A stretch of 63,386 bases of DNA, filler included, from Octopus bimaculoides (lineage: Eukaryota): assembly GCF_001194135.2 (NCBI RefSeq). It is 3 parts of 2 records of this genome, joined end to end, with 100 filler letters (N's around TTAATTAATTAA, not from the genome) between each part and the next. Parts side by side here need not be neighbours in the genome. Positions count along the whole stretch, not along the records: positions 1 to 29,995 come from NC_068983.1; 2 more parts are not named here. One strand, written 5' to 3'. Positions 1 to 13,777 of the stretch are shown piece after piece. The notes under the pieces were generated by a model, which worked only from the letters and a program-made list of their open reading frames with translations, was not told the origin of the DNA and did not search any database. Position 1 is the first letter of the stretch. Each line of letters begins with the position of its first letter. The position numbers were made by a program, and so were the translations under genes.

Positions 1-32
<32 letters not shown>

Positions 33-635
33 TACTAAACTGCAAATAAAGTAACCATTTTAACGAAGAAAATATAGTACACTATGTTGTCAGTACTTAT
101 AAAGTTGTTTCTAAATGTTTAATTAATTCATGACTAAGCAAAAACATTATTCAACTTATCAAATTTTACATATTGAGTATAAATGGAGACATTATATTCA
201 TGAAATATAAAGAGAAAGATTAAAAGTTAACAAAAATTAAGCACCAGACAGATTACATCCTTATGTATCCAATATCTGCATTTGCATTCAATATATATAA
301 ATGTTTTCTTAATATCTTTCCACCATATAAATGTCAGTCAACCATTTAAATTCTCTCCAACAGAGTAATTTGAGCATTGCATGTATAGAATTATCATAAT
401 CTTGGGGAGAAAAAGGTTTTCCTTAAACATTTTTCAGAGATTTTAAGAGCCTATATTATGTAAGATACATGTAAGCTTCTATCTGTCATCATAAATATTT
501 ATTTTAGATCTTTCACTATAGTCTCTCATCATTGAAATAACTTGCCTTCTTCTTTTCCTATCACTTTGGCTACAAGCTAATATTTTCTATCTATATAAAA
601 TTATTTTTCCTCTCACTCACCCACTCTCTCTCTAA

Positions 636-672
<37 letters not shown>

Positions 673-798
673 TGTGCACACATTTATATACATATACATA
701 CAGGCATACATACATATATACATATGTATATATATGTGTATGTGTGTGTATATATATATATGTGTGTGTGTATATATAATGTGTGTGTCTGTTTGTGC

Positions 799-835
<37 letters not shown>

Positions 836-853
836 NNNNNNNNNNNNNNNNNN

Positions 854-965
854 GGGGGCATAGAGGGAGAGAGATAGAGAGGGGGGCATAGAGGGAGAGA
901 GATAGAGATAGAGAGGGAGAGAGATAGAGAGGGAGGGGCATAGAGGGAGAGAGATAGCGAGATAG
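854..965. repeat. Purine-rich minisatellite, unit ~GGGGGCATAGAGGGAGAGAGATAGAGA
   Basis: 3-4 imperfect tandem copies directly after an N gap. Confidence 0.8.
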
Positions 966-1370
966 ATATTATTCTGTTGGACTGATTTACTGTCAACTAG
1001 GTCTATTTTTCTCTTTATTTTTAAAAAGCTCTGTCGTTAAAGAAACTCAGTTCATGCTGGATGTTACTAGATGTTAGTAAAAGTTTAGTATTTAGGATTT
1101 GTTAAATACAATAAATTGCTATCAACAAAATATTCATCTTCTTGAGAAAAAAGATAGTAAATATCAAGCATCTATAAATATGAAACTCTATAACTAACTG
1201 CAGTTATTAAAGAAAATTAAGCTGAACATGATCCACAGGAGGAGTAATGTTAAGGAAAACTGGGCACACATAAATTCCATTAATCTCATGGTGATCATGA
1301 TAGTATATAAAGATTACTGGAGTTTCAGTTTTTGTTTTTGTAATCAGATAAGATTTTTAATTATTTTTAT

Positions 1371-1630
1371 TTTTTACTTGTTTCAGTCATTAAACTGCAG
1401 CCATGCTGGGCACAGCCTTGTAGAATTTTAGTCGAATGAATCAACCTCAGTACTTATTTTTCTCTTAAGCTTGGTACTTGTTCTATCACTTCCTTTTGTT
1501 AAACTGCTAAGTTTTGGGAATGTAAACACAGCAACACTAGCTGTTAAGCAGTGGTGTGGGACAAACAACCACAAAGACACACATGCATATGTGTGTGTGT
1601 GTGTGTGCGTGTACGATGGGCTTCTTTCTT
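1371..1630 (-). mobile_element. SINE family B (CORE-like, internal microsatellite), 3' part
   Basis: Reverse complement matches the 3' half of the copy at 32736-33130 (...CCAGCATGGC..CAGT..AATGACTGAAACAAGTAAAA). Confidence 0.8.
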
Positions 1631-1649
1631 TTTCCATTGAGAAAATCTA

Positions 1650-2240
1650 CACAACATTTGATGCTTCTTATACCCGGTTTTTCTCTTAAATCATTATCAT
1701 TTACACTCTGTTGTGTGTGCACACTGATATCACCCATCCAGCAGAGCATGCTAACTTCATTTCTTTCAAGCATTTGCAAGCCCTCTGTAGTCAAAACCCA
1801 TGTTTCACTGCCATGTAACATAGCTGTGCATACACAAGCATCATACAATTGCCTTTCATTCTTAGGGAGAGGCCCTTAGTTAGTTACCGACAAAGGTAGA
1901 AGCTCTCTGAACTTCGCCTAGCCCATTCTTATTCTAACAATTATACTATCAGAACTTTCTCCTTCACTGCTAACTTGATCTCCTACGAAACAAAAGCTAT
2001 CTACTACTTCTAATGCTACCCTTGGGAATTTGAGGAAGTCTATTGTCTGTACATTTTCAGTGTTTATTGTACCCTCACATTTGCCACACACAAAGAGTAT
2101 TTTCTCTGTTAACCTTCCTATGATACCACTAAACCTCTTATGTGTCCAAAGTTTGCGCTGGGTACAATGTATGGAATTTCTACCAGTACTCTTTTTATAC
2201 ATCGAGCAGGGCCATTTCCCTGAGGGGTCTTGGCTACTAT
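1650..2240 (-). mobile_element. RTE-clade LINE, ORF C-terminal fragment (frameshifted)
   Basis: Translations PSGKWPCSMYKKSTGRNSIHC..., LEVVDSFCFVGDQVSS..., YDACVCTAMLHGSETW...LERNEVSMLCWM match typical post-RT RTE motifs; homologous to 27100-27340. Confidence 0.85.
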
Positions 2241-5200
2241 CATAAAGAATAAAAAGACATACAAAATGATGTGATCTTAGGTGCACAGTCACTCAGTCTC
2301 TGTAGAGTTAGAATAGCAGAGGCACTGCCCTTCTTCATCAATCTAACTAATAAATAATCTAAAATCTAAACTAGGAAAAAAATGAGATTGCAATGGCTGG
2401 AGTACTTCAGTCACAGACCTGTTAATCAGCACTCATTTGAGATCAATCAGCAATAACTACAACAACACAAAGAAGCTCACAGCATTGAATCCTCTCTATG
2501 TAATAATGCAATAATCATGTTTCTGTTAAATGAATGGTTTCATAATCTCTAATTGTCTTTCATAGCAACATAAAATTCTTCATTTAGATTCATGAAATCA
2601 AAATTTCCTCCACAAAGCTAGATGGCTCAATCTCTGAAGGTCCAGAATGCTAAAGGCACTGTTCTTCCTCATCAGACAAATAAAAACAATTAATAAAAAT
2701 TTAATCTATAAAAATTTACGTACATAAAATTATACTCTAGAAGTATAAAGAATTTCAAAATCTAAATTCATTTATCCATCAAACCTTATTGATTTATTTG
2801 TTTTCTTTTTTCTTTTCAGTTTTCCCAATATTCACTTTTTAAAAAAGTTATTTATTGATTAAAATTAAAATAAAATATATTTCTACTAATAAAAAGCAAA
2901 AACAAAAATGCAGCTACTGAATAAATGATATCATTATGTAAATAGATTTTCCAGTCATTTCAACATACTCCTTGATATAATCAATAAACATTAGTACCCT
3001 ACCAGATGAAGAATAGTATAAAATAAGTTAATGCAGCAAGATGAGCTTCCTTAAGTTTGAAACCTGCTGAAATGATTATTTAATTTAGAAGATTCTCAGA
3101 TATATAATCATTTCGTGAGTTTTATGTTAGCTTGAATGTAGACATTAAGTCAATGATAATATCATGAAATATCCTTTTATATCAAAACAGATTTTATCAT
3201 CAAGAGAAATTTTATATCTTAACCAAAGATAATCAGAGGAAAGATAGAATGAAAATAAAAAGAACTATAAATGGATGAAAATGGGAATAGAATGAGAAAA
3301 GAATAATAAGGTGATTGGTATTCTTAAGATAAAAAAACAACTGAAAATATCTAATTAAAAAAAAATTGATTTCCTTAGATAAACATTTAGAAACTTTTTC
3401 TAATGTCAATTAAATTTGAGTTCATATAAAGAAAAAAATTTTTAAATACTGAAAGGGTGCTCCACATTGGTAGCGTATTTTAAATCAATATATCAGGAAA
3501 AATGTCCCAGATAATCTTAACATTTTCAACATCTTGAATTATCTTGGGTCTGTCACATACACAGAACAATAGATAGAAATAAATATTTAACTATATTGGA
3601 AATTAACTGTAAGATAGGCAGTTTTTATTGCATCACCAGAGCTGCATTGTGTACATTGTCAAGACACTTATTTCTCAATGAATGTATATCAAAGTAAAGC
3701 TCAAATTATTTACATGTGGATAAAATCGTTCACTTCTGTAAGCAATTGAAATAGTCTTAAACTGATCAGTGTTTCATAAACACACAATATGAAACGAAAT
3801 TCTTCCCCACAAGAAAGCAAGGGCTCTCCTGCCAAAGACAGATACTAGATCTAAAACATGTAACTCTTCAGAAGCTACGGACACACAAAAATGTGTTCTA
3901 TTACTGTGCCCTGGGAAGCTTTTGGAGAATGACTGTGTGTGTATGAATATATAAGGACATACAGGAAATTATAAAATAGCATAATTACAATTCAATCATT
4001 AGATTGCACTAAATATATACCTTCTTTTTGACATAATTTTGATTTTGCAAGAATATACCAACGTTTTAGATTTCCTTAAAAACTAGCTACAATGTCCTTT
4101 CAATAACAGAGAGATAGGATTCTTTGATGTTAATTATTTGTGTTTTCAGTTATAGTTAGAATTTTGAATATGCTTAGTTAACTTTCTCATTATCCTCTAA
4201 TTTATAACTTGCACATTTTAGTTGTTTGCAAGTGACTTGATCTGAGTTCATGCATTAAAACCAAACAATTACATTATTTTTTTTCTCACTTGCTCATATA
4301 CATTAATGGATGCTTATATTTATGTAGCACTTTTGTTTTCCGTAAATGATCCCAAAATATTAACATAATTTAAGTCATTACTTTATATTCAGCTAAACTT
4401 CCTCAGAACCAACAACCAATGTATTTATCCACGACATGATCTTAAAGCTTCTTGAAGGTTGATGTAAGAGAGCCACTTACCCTTCAAAATACTTGCATTG
4501 CAGTATTTTTGACTCACAGACTAATAAAATAAATTATCTCAGCCTTATGTCGATATGAAACATTAAGAAATTCTCTGAATGATCAAATATAGACTGAAAC
4601 TCATANNNNNNNNNNNNNNNNNNNNNNNNNNNNNNNNNNNNNNNNNNNNNNNNNNNNNNNNNNNNNNNNNNNNNNNNNNNNNNNNNNNNNNNNNNNNNNN
4701 NNNNNNNNNNNNNNNNNNNNNNNNNNNNNNNNNNNNNNNNNNNNNNNNNNNNNNNNNNNNNNNNNNNNNNNNNNNNNNNNNNNNNNNNNNNNNNNNNNNN
4801 NNNNNNNNNNNNNNNNNNNNNNNNNNNNNNNNNNNNNNNNNNNNNNNNNNNNNNNNNNNNNNNNNNNNNNNNNNNNNNNNNNNNNNNNNNNNNNNNNNNN
4901 NNNNNNNNNNNNNNNNNNNNNNNNNNNNNNNNNNNNNNNNNNNNNNNNNNNNNNNNNNNNNNNNNNNNNNNNNNNNNNNNNNNNNNNNNNNNNNNNNNNN
5001 NNNNNNNNNNNNNNNNNNNNNNNNNNNNNNNNNNNNNNNNNNNNNNNNNNNNNNNNNNNNNNNNNNNNNNNNNNNNNNNNNNNNNNNNNNNNNNNNNNNN
5101 NNNNNNNNNNNNNNNNNNNNNNNNNNNNNNNNNNNNNNNNNNNNNNNNNNNNNNNNNNNNNNNNNNNNNNNNNNNNNNNNNNNNNNNNNNNNNNNNNNNN

Positions 5201-8200
5201 NNNNNNNNNNNNNNNNNNNNNNNNNNNNNNNNNNNNNNNNNNNNNNNNNNNNNNNNNNNNNNNNNNNNNNNNNNNNNNNNNNNNNNNNNNNNNNNNNNNN
5301 NNNNNNNNNNNNNNNNNNNNNNNNNNNNNNNNNNNNNNNNNNNNNNNNNNNNNNNNNNNNNNNNNNNNNNNNNNNNNNNNNNNNNNNNNNNNNNNNNNNN
5401 NNNNNNNTCCATCAATAGTTTGATTAACAAGCACTAAAGTTCCATCCAAATTATTTCTTGAAGGACTATGAAATGTGTGAGGAGGTCAATTTCTGGTATG
5501 GTTGAAGCTAGAAGCCAAACTTGAAATTGATCACATTTATGTTATAAATTTCCTTGAGCAAAGTGAACAGAGGTTACTGAACAAATGCAAAAAAAGTCAA
5601 TTTAATATGTGTTATGTTACTGTTACAAATTGTTAACACTACTCTGTGTTTAAGCAAGTGTCCAACCAGATAAACAAAATATGCTGCTTTCTAGCAACTT
5701 GCTTTCAGACGAGCAAGTATTTTTTATTCAAACATTAAACCATAACAGTATCCAAATATATAACACTGTACCAAGGACTTTCTAGTCCTTTCTAATATAT
5801 ATATATATGTATACACATACATACACGCATACATACATACACACATACAACATATATGTGCACACATAAATATGTATGCATATAGCATGTATGTAANNNN
5901 NNNNNNNNNNNNNNNNNNNNNNNNNNNNNNNNNNNNNNNNNNNNNNNNNNNNNNNNNNNNNNNNNNNNNNNNNNNNNNNNNNNNNNNNNNNNNNNNAACT
6001 TTAGAATTTGCATACCCAATTTAATTACACCACAGTTTTAATAAGATACAGAAATTTCTCTTCAATCATATCTTTTACTGGTTAAGCCTAACTGAACAGT
6101 CATGAATGCATTTTATTGATGCAAATTGCAAGCTGGCATTCGTTGTAGATCATTCTGTATCAGTGCAGAGATGGAATCGCACATGCGCACACACGTGTGT
6201 GTGTGTGTGTGTGTGTGTGTTTGTGTGTGCGTGTGTGTGTTATAAGGAGAAAAAGAATGAAAATCAGATAAAAGGAGACTGAGAGGAAATGGGAACTTAA
6301 TTCTGTATTCTATAACCCTATATTTTCTTGTATTTAGTGAATTTATATCATTCCCTAGATTTAAAATAAACAAATAATTAAATTTTCACTCTGTTCAAAG
6401 TATTAGCCACCTACTATTGCTGGAATTTTCTTTTCTTTAACTCGTTTTGTTTATAAAGTGTGTTAATAAAGATAATGGTTTGCTCTGAGGAATGTTATTT
6501 ATAGTGACAAAGTCATGAGTTTTTTTGCTTTGTTTTTTTGTAATGCAAAATAACAAACATTGACAGTTACAAGTTTTTCTAACATGCATTTATTTTTAAT
6601 TAAAAATCATAAAAAAACATTAGATTAAGAAAAATAGTAAACCATACAAGGGAAATTAGTTTGCACATGAAAAGTATCAGCGATCATCACTCTTAAAACA
6701 TGCATTTAAAATAAAATAAAATAAAATAAGTGAAAGCAAATATAAAAGGAAGTATTTCCTTACATTGACTTTTCTTATTTATTCTTTATAAGTGGGTAAA
6801 AATTAATCTACAATAAGTGGGTGCAATAAACATAGTATGATTCAATAAGATAGGAATGGTTTTATCCATTCTCTTCAATAATATTTTTCTACTTGACTCT
6901 TTTTTCCTCCATTTATTTCATTTTATTTTTTTTTTATTGCTATTTCAGTTTTGATCTATCATTTTTTTTCCTCCTCATATCTGATCAATTTCTCTCTTTC
7001 CTCTTCAGATTGCTTGTATAATTTCTTATTTCAATAGATGATGGTTTTTTTGCTTTTAATTCCTTTTCACCCCATCTGCTTCATTTTCTCTTCTCATCAT
7101 AATTACTTCCTTTTATAGTGACATATGCACACTTTTTATTGAGTGAAATCTATTTATTGATTTACAGTTCATTTAATTTAGAAAATGTTCTTCCCTTTGT
7201 TTTTGTTGATAATGTAGATGACGTTAATGACAATGTGATGATGCTGATACTATTGGTGTCAATGATAATTGTAATGATAGTGAATATTATAGGGATAGTA
7301 ACAATAGTGAGGTTAGCACCAGTGTTTATGGTAGCATTAACAATCAAAGTATTAATTATCCCACTATCTCTGTGGTGGTTTCCAATATAAGTAACCTATC
7401 ATGTTCATAAAGATATCCTGTTTCATTCAAAGCTCTTTAAAGATAACACAAATAGGAAATTTACAAGGGAATTTCAAAACTGACTATTAATTTTCCATCA
7501 GGTGTTAATAGTTCTGTTGGGTTTTTACAGTATTCTTTTATTACTGATTATAATTTCATTAACTTAATCATATTTCCTAACACTAATAATCCTTTCCAAT
7601 TTAAAAAAATATATATAGTATAATACAGGTCCATACTTTTTGTTATTAGATTTTATTTCTGATTTTCTTCAGCCTATTTACAGAAGATGGATCAAATATT
7701 AAATTCAAAAGCATGAATCTAAAAGATAGGAGGAATTTAATGGAGAACAAACGATACTCAATTAATTCTTCATTAATTAAAGTTTAAGTTAAAAAGTATA
7801 AAATGGTTTCAAGGCAAACAGCACTTAAGTTAGCAACATGATCATATAGGATGTATGAAAATACATTTATATCAATAGCAAAACTATAATGGAACAGTAT
7901 TGGGGAAATTATTTGTCAATTACAATTTTTGATATATTAAATACTAACACTAAGAATGATGTGTGCTAAAATATGAGAAAGTGTTTAAGATTAAACCCTG
8001 TTATGCTTTATAAAACAGTTATGAATACAACAAATGCTTAGAGCCAGAGGACTGGGAAGCCAAGTTTATGAATTAGTTTTGATTTCTGGTTAAAGCAGGT
8101 TATTAATACTATTGGTGCTTTTGGGAAAGAAAGAAATGGTACACCAAATTGATCGCTCAGTATTGGAAGAAGCAAGTAGGTATTGGATGTAATCATTGGT

Positions 8201-8447
8201 AAAAGAAATATCGAGAAAGATTTTTCATTAATTCATTGACAGTTTGAAAATGAAGGTGTACTAGAAAACTACTGGTAGATGTTAAGCTAGCCATAGCAGA
8301 ATTATTTGAATGTGTGAAAGAGAATTACTGTCTAGAAATTTATTAGCAGTCCTAAGTGGTGGGGGCTAAACTTTTGGTTGCCAATTATCTTATTGTCACA
8401 ATATTCACTACTTCAACTACTAAGCACAACAATTAAAGCAGCAGCAA

Positions 8448-8486
<39 letters not shown>

Positions 8487-8927
8487 CAGCAGTAGTAGTA
8501 GTTTAAATTTCCATGAAAAAGAAACTAGTCAATACATGAGATTTGAACATCCTAGTGACCAGGAATTAAGAATTTAGAAAGAATATCTGACATTGGTTAT
8601 TCATGAAAGAAGCAAAAAAGAGTATTATAAACGATGTTTCTATACTTGAAGATCATAATATTGCACGTATGTTGTACTAAAATATTCATATTTAAAAAAT
8701 AAAATAAGGTTTAAGAACAAGTATGATCAGTGCAAAAGAAGCACAATATAAAATCCACAATGAATTTTGAATCAATTTCTCTAAACTTTTCAAAATAAAA
8801 AGAAACAATGTATAAAATCTGCATTCTTGGATACTTCAATAATATATGATGGAAAGAATGTCAGTCTGAACTCTTCATACATGATAAACAAATTAAATTT
8901 ATTTTTCAACAGTCAAGAATGACACTT

Positions 8928-8929
<2 letters not shown>

Positions 8930-8972
<43 letters not shown>
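8930..8972. repeat. (TAA)n microsatellite
   Basis: About 14 perfect units. Confidence 0.95.
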
Positions 8973-9019
8973 TAATATAGATTGATGTAACCCTCCACAA
9001 AGGTCAATAGACAATGAGA

Positions 9020-9210
9020 AGGGTGTTAGTCAAGTGTATGGCTTCAAAACAACAGAAAAGTGGTATGAATATGAACCAGAAGCTGTGACAGAAAATAAGA
9101 ATTACAATACCTTGTGAGACTTCAACTATAAAGACTGGTCATACTATTGAGACAATAAGACCAGACATGATAACAGAGGACAAGTGCAAATGTGGAATTC
9201 CTGCTGGCAT
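9020..9210 (+). mobile_element. R4/Dong-clade non-LTR retrotransposon fragment (restriction-like endonuclease region)
   Basis: KWYEYEPEAVTENKNYNTL*DFN then, after a frameshift, KTGHTIETIRPDMI resembles the R4-clade KWYEHxPxxVxENxxxKILWDFxIQTDxxIxxxRPDIV motif. Confidence 0.75.
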
Positions 9211-9504
9211 TTTGGAATCCACAGGATGGCACTACAGGTAGAAACCAATAGCTGAGGCTGAAGGGAGACAATCATTTACCTTTGCAGTGCTTTGGTGATC
9301 ACAAGATAGTGGCATGCCCAAAGATCGATGGACAATAGCAAAGAGAGATAATCACCAAGAGTTTTACCTTTAAAACGAGGCTTTTCCCCCTCCATATTCT
9401 AAAGAGATCACAGGCCAGCAGTGTTTGGGGTCTTTAGCCATAAGGCTAAACCCCTTATGAGCAAGAAACCAAGGGTAACTCCATAAACTGGTCTCCTCAC
9501 TGTA

Positions 9505-9519
<15 letters not shown>

Positions 9520-9536
<17 letters not shown>

Positions 9537-9725
9537 CCCCTATCACTGCTTAATAACCAGTGTTGGTTTATTTATGTCCCTGTAACTCAGTAAAGGAGGC
9601 TGATAGAATAAGTACCAAGCTAAAAAAAAAAAAGAAGTATTGTAGTCTATTTGTGCAACTAAGTGCTTCAAGGTAGCACTCCAGCATGGCCACAATCCAA
9701 TGACTGAAACAAGTAAAAGATAAAT
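9520..9725 (+). mobile_element. SINE family B, 3' half
   Basis: TTTGTCCCC...GATAGAATAAGTACC...CTCCAGCATGGCCAC..AATGACTGAAACAAGTAAAAG, as in other copies. Confidence 0.8.
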
Positions 9726-9899
9726 GAAAAGTCATGTAAAAAATCTTTGTAGAAATAAACAATAACCACATTGTGTAATTTATTGAAATAATTAAAAGAG
9801 GGCCTAAGTTTGTGATTCAGTTGAACAAATCAATTGATTTTACATATGCTTCTCACATATTATCATTACGGACATTGTGTTTTGCTTGTATGATCTTTA

Positions 9900-10060
9900 G
9901 TGTGAAAATAGTACAAGGAAAGATGTTTTCCTCAAAGTGGAAAATTATTTTTTAGGAATCACAGTCTGAATAGAATAACAATGTTGGTGTATGTACTGAT
10001 GGCTGAGCAGCAACAATGGGTAAAATTTTAAGATTTCAAGGTAAACCTAAGCAGTGTTCC
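9900..10060 (+). mobile_element. hAT (Charlie/Buster-like) transposase remnant
   Basis: Frameshifted NSTRKDVFLKVENYF / NNVGVCTDG*AATMGK resembles the hAT catalytic-region motif TTGxDIF...CVGVCTDGAAAMxG. Confidence 0.6.
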
Positions 10061-11472
10061 TCTTACATTCACTCACTTTCATCCTATTACAAAAAATTCA
10101 TATATCTTTTGCTATTAGCAAAGTTTTGTGGCCTTGTATCTGCATTGTTTATATTGTCTGAGTTTTAGTTTGTTAGTAATTTTTAAATTCAAATAATGAC
10201 ATGTGGTTTATTACATATTGAATTTTATGCCACTGTAAGAGGATCACATGAAAAATCTGCCTGGTAAAAAGGAGAGAAATACTTGAAATAGTCTCATAAT
10301 AAATTGTGCAAAAAAACATCAACAGCAAAAAGAAAAAGAAAGAGAAGAAAATAACAATATCAGAATATATATAGAATTCCTAAATTGAATCAATACTAAC
10401 TTGTGAGCATTTAAGAAAATTATTCCAAATTCTCATTATATTCAGACAAAAATTGATATACCATTCTACAATAGTAAACTCTACAAATGTCAAACAACCA
10501 TTAATTTTGGCAACGAAATTGTAAATACCAGCATTTGCTCAACTGAAAAATAATTGATTGTCCCATTGTTGAAAAGTTAACTGACATAGGTAAGGAAATA
10601 TCCATAATATATTTTAGCTCAATTTTTTTCTGAAATACCTCTTTTTATTTTATTTCTAATACATTTCTGTATTATTATGGACAGTGAAAGCTACACCTAA
10701 GCTTGTAAAAATCTTGACTGAATGAAAGAGGACATAAATCTGCTTGATATTGATAATTTACTTTTCATTTATACATCACTAATTCTGGCACGTAAAAATT
10801 GTTTTAACGCACATAAAAGAAAATTTTTATCATTCTGTAAATTATTAGAATGTGCTATATTACTCTTTAATGACTATAGGAAAAATGGTACAATTTAACA
10901 CCTCTGTGTGAAACAAAGGGAAGCATCAATATTTTAAACTAAGGTCATGAAAACTGAAGCACTAGACGTTCAAACTGGGATTGAGGGTGAGAGCATTGAA
11001 GGAAGGTCATCAAAATTGCTGACCATTATAATTTGGACAATTTTCCTCACAAGTATAGAAGTTTGTTTTAGTTACCATGGATTTAATGGTGAATTAATGG
11101 TGTCTTTCAAAAGATTTTTCTATCATTTTGTGATTAAACTGTTGCAAATGAATAATATTTATTAGAAAAAGCTGTTGGTTGTGTAATTCTTTCCACTTGC
11201 ATCCAATAGATGAAGACCATTTATCATTGAAATTATTTGAGGGTGAATACATACTGGATATCCTAAAATCAAAGTTGTTAGAACAATAGCAGAATTGTAT
11301 TTAAAACATATGAGAATATTAGGCCGAAAGTTAGAAGTTCATTAACTATTAATTTGAAATATTTTCCTTCCTTCCATCTCTAATTATAATTTCTTGGCAT
11401 ATGAAACAGAAATTTTATTTGAATATCAGATATTTGCAATCTGATTACAAGTTAATATTAACATCTGATATA

Positions 11473-11690
11473 AGGTGGTGAGCTGGCAGAATCTTTAACA
11501 TCCCTGGCAAAACGTTTAGTGGCATTTTGTCCGTCTTTATATTCTGAGTTCAAATTCTGCTGATGTTGACTTTGCCTTTCATCCTTTATGGGTAGATAAA
11601 ATAATTACCAGTTGAATACTGGAGTTGATGTAACCGGTTTACCCCCTCCTTGAAATTGCTGGCCTTGGGCCAAAATTTGAAACCAATATT
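11473..11690 (+). mobile_element. SINE family A (tRNA head; central GACTTTGCCTTTCATCCTTT...GATAAA domain), CpG-decayed
   Basis: Aligns by eye to 40786-41000 and 58698-58890; B-box-like GAGTTCAAATT present. The central domain resembles Meta-type SINE domains (from memory, unverified). Confidence 0.85.
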
Positions 11691-12690
11691 AATATCTAAT
11701 ATAATTATATTTAAGAAATATAACTCTTGTTTTAACAGTTGGTATGAGTGGATTAGAATCTATAAAAACTAAAATGTTGATCAACTGTTTAATTAAAATA
11801 TTCTTCAGTTTGTACTTATATCTACTCTAACTTCTAATTTATTCCAAATTTTGCTTTGATATATCTCCAAAAGGAATTATTCAGTCACACGTTTTCTAAA
11901 AGAGCAACAAATTTTCTTTCATTTCCTTTTAACCCTTTATCACTTGTTTACTTCAGCTTTTCCACTAACTTATGGCACTTAGTTGTCATTAGTACTAGAG
12001 TAGAGGGCAATTTGGCTAAATAGAACACTGGACATTTCTTTTGAAAATTTCATGTACTGAAGGAAATTGTTTTTCAGAACATGTATAGCAGCCTGGTATC
12101 TACTGCATGGTGTTATTGATAGGTAGTCAACATCAGTAGTATATTTTTTAAATCAAGTGTGACAGTGACATATATCTTACTTCTGAATAGGAACATTGGA
12201 TTAAATTAATGTGTAAACAGTGTTGTTTTACTTGAAATTGTTACTGAACATATATTATCTTATATTTCTAATATTTGTTAATCATCAAAATAATTTGGAA
12301 TGTGAGTATAGAACTGAGCGTTAGGAAGTAAGCCAACCATGGAAATAAAGTCATTCTGATAATATTAGAAAGTCAGAGGACTCAGAGGAAACCCACACAT
12401 CAAAACACTGGAACTGTAAAGGAAATTATATGAAAAGTTATGATGAGCCCTAATTTATATGCTATTAGTTCTGTATCCACCTTACCATTGCAATTCTGGA
12501 TGACATCACAACAGGATACTGAACGCTTTCTTTATTTTAATAACAGAGGCATAAAAAAAGAGATTAAAGACAGCATCCAATAAATGAGTTTCTTACCCCC
12601 CCACACACACACACTATACATATACATATGTGTGTGTGTGTGTGTGTGTATGTATGTTTATGCATGTTTATTTCATATATACTATATATA

Positions 12691-13500
12691 CAGGGTTCGG
12701 GGAATAAATTGTTGTTCAAATTATGCAAAAATGAAAATAACACTGACATCTCATTTTAACAGCTATATTTACCAAAATTACATAAAAATATCTTGAAATA
12801 CTAAAGAATAAATTCATTCAATAAAATCCCCATTAGCTTCAACCACAGCCTCCAGACAACTTTGAAATCTTCTGCAACTCTTCTGGATGGTCTCCTTGTT
12901 TAAGTTGGTGAATGGCATAATTCATAATCATGGTGAATGCCATAATCATTGCCTTCAGCTCATATTTGGTATTACAAGGAGTTTTGTTGGTCTCTCACTC
13001 AACTGTTCCCCACACATAATATTCAAGGGGGTTACAGTCTGGGGAGTTATGTGGCCAGACGTTAGGGGTGGTGTGGTCACAGAAAATGTCTGACAGCCAT
13101 GGGTTCTCCTGCTTGTGTGGCATAGCGCAGAATCCTGTTGCCAGACACAGGGTCTTCCAGCAGCCACTCTCTTGACCCAGGGCAGCCCTACCTCCTCCAG
13201 GCACTTGATGTAGGCCTTCGTGTTGAGTGTGAGGTTGTGTGGGAAGATGAATGGAGGCATAACGTTGTTATCACTAGTGATCACTACAAGCACCATGATG
13301 TTGACTGGATGTTTGATTTTTATCACTCTCAGTACATGTCCTTAGATTTCACTGTCCTTAGATTGACACCCAAACACACTGAATGTTTGCATTAGAGCTT
13401 CCAGTGCAAATGCCAAGTAGTACAGCATGTCGTTTCCAAATTTATGCAGGGTGAATTGTGTAATGGTGCTTTTTGTCAGTTGTTGGTCAGTTCATATAGG
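12691..13500 (-). mobile_element. Internally deleted maT (DD37D) Tc1/mariner-superfamily element
   Basis: TA|CAGGGTTCGGG terminus at 12691. Minus-strand KHPVNIMV...WQQDSALCHTS...WPHNSPDCNPLEYYVW...EAVVEANGDFIE (about 37 residues between last two acidic positions after repairing a frameshift). N-terminal WKRHAVLLGI joined directly to the catalytic half. Other terminus not found. Confidence 0.85.
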
Positions 13501-13777
13501 CTGAAGGAATATTCTATTTGTTTGTTGTCTTTATTTTTCTTTCTCACTTCTAAAAATGCATTATTACTGTTGTAATGTATCTTTAACTTTGAATACTTTG
13601 CAGTTTCTTAATTTCGTTTTTACTTATTCAAACAGTTAATGACTTTCAAGCATAAATTTTAAGATAAATGGTTATTATTTGTTATGCTTTTAGATAGGGC
13701 AAATCTTCATAATGTTAAGTACAGCAGATCTTTGATATATAGGTCTTCAAATGTATTCTTTCGACCATTGGCTGCTG

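Noticed and set aside
7118-7390. 90-aa hydrophobic ORF
   Set aside because: Decayed (ATR)n trinucleotide low-complexity sequence; other frames are equally open.
10880-11165. Possible second hAT remnant (LTPLCETK...IIIWTIFL)
   Set aside because: Similarity too weak to call without a profile search.
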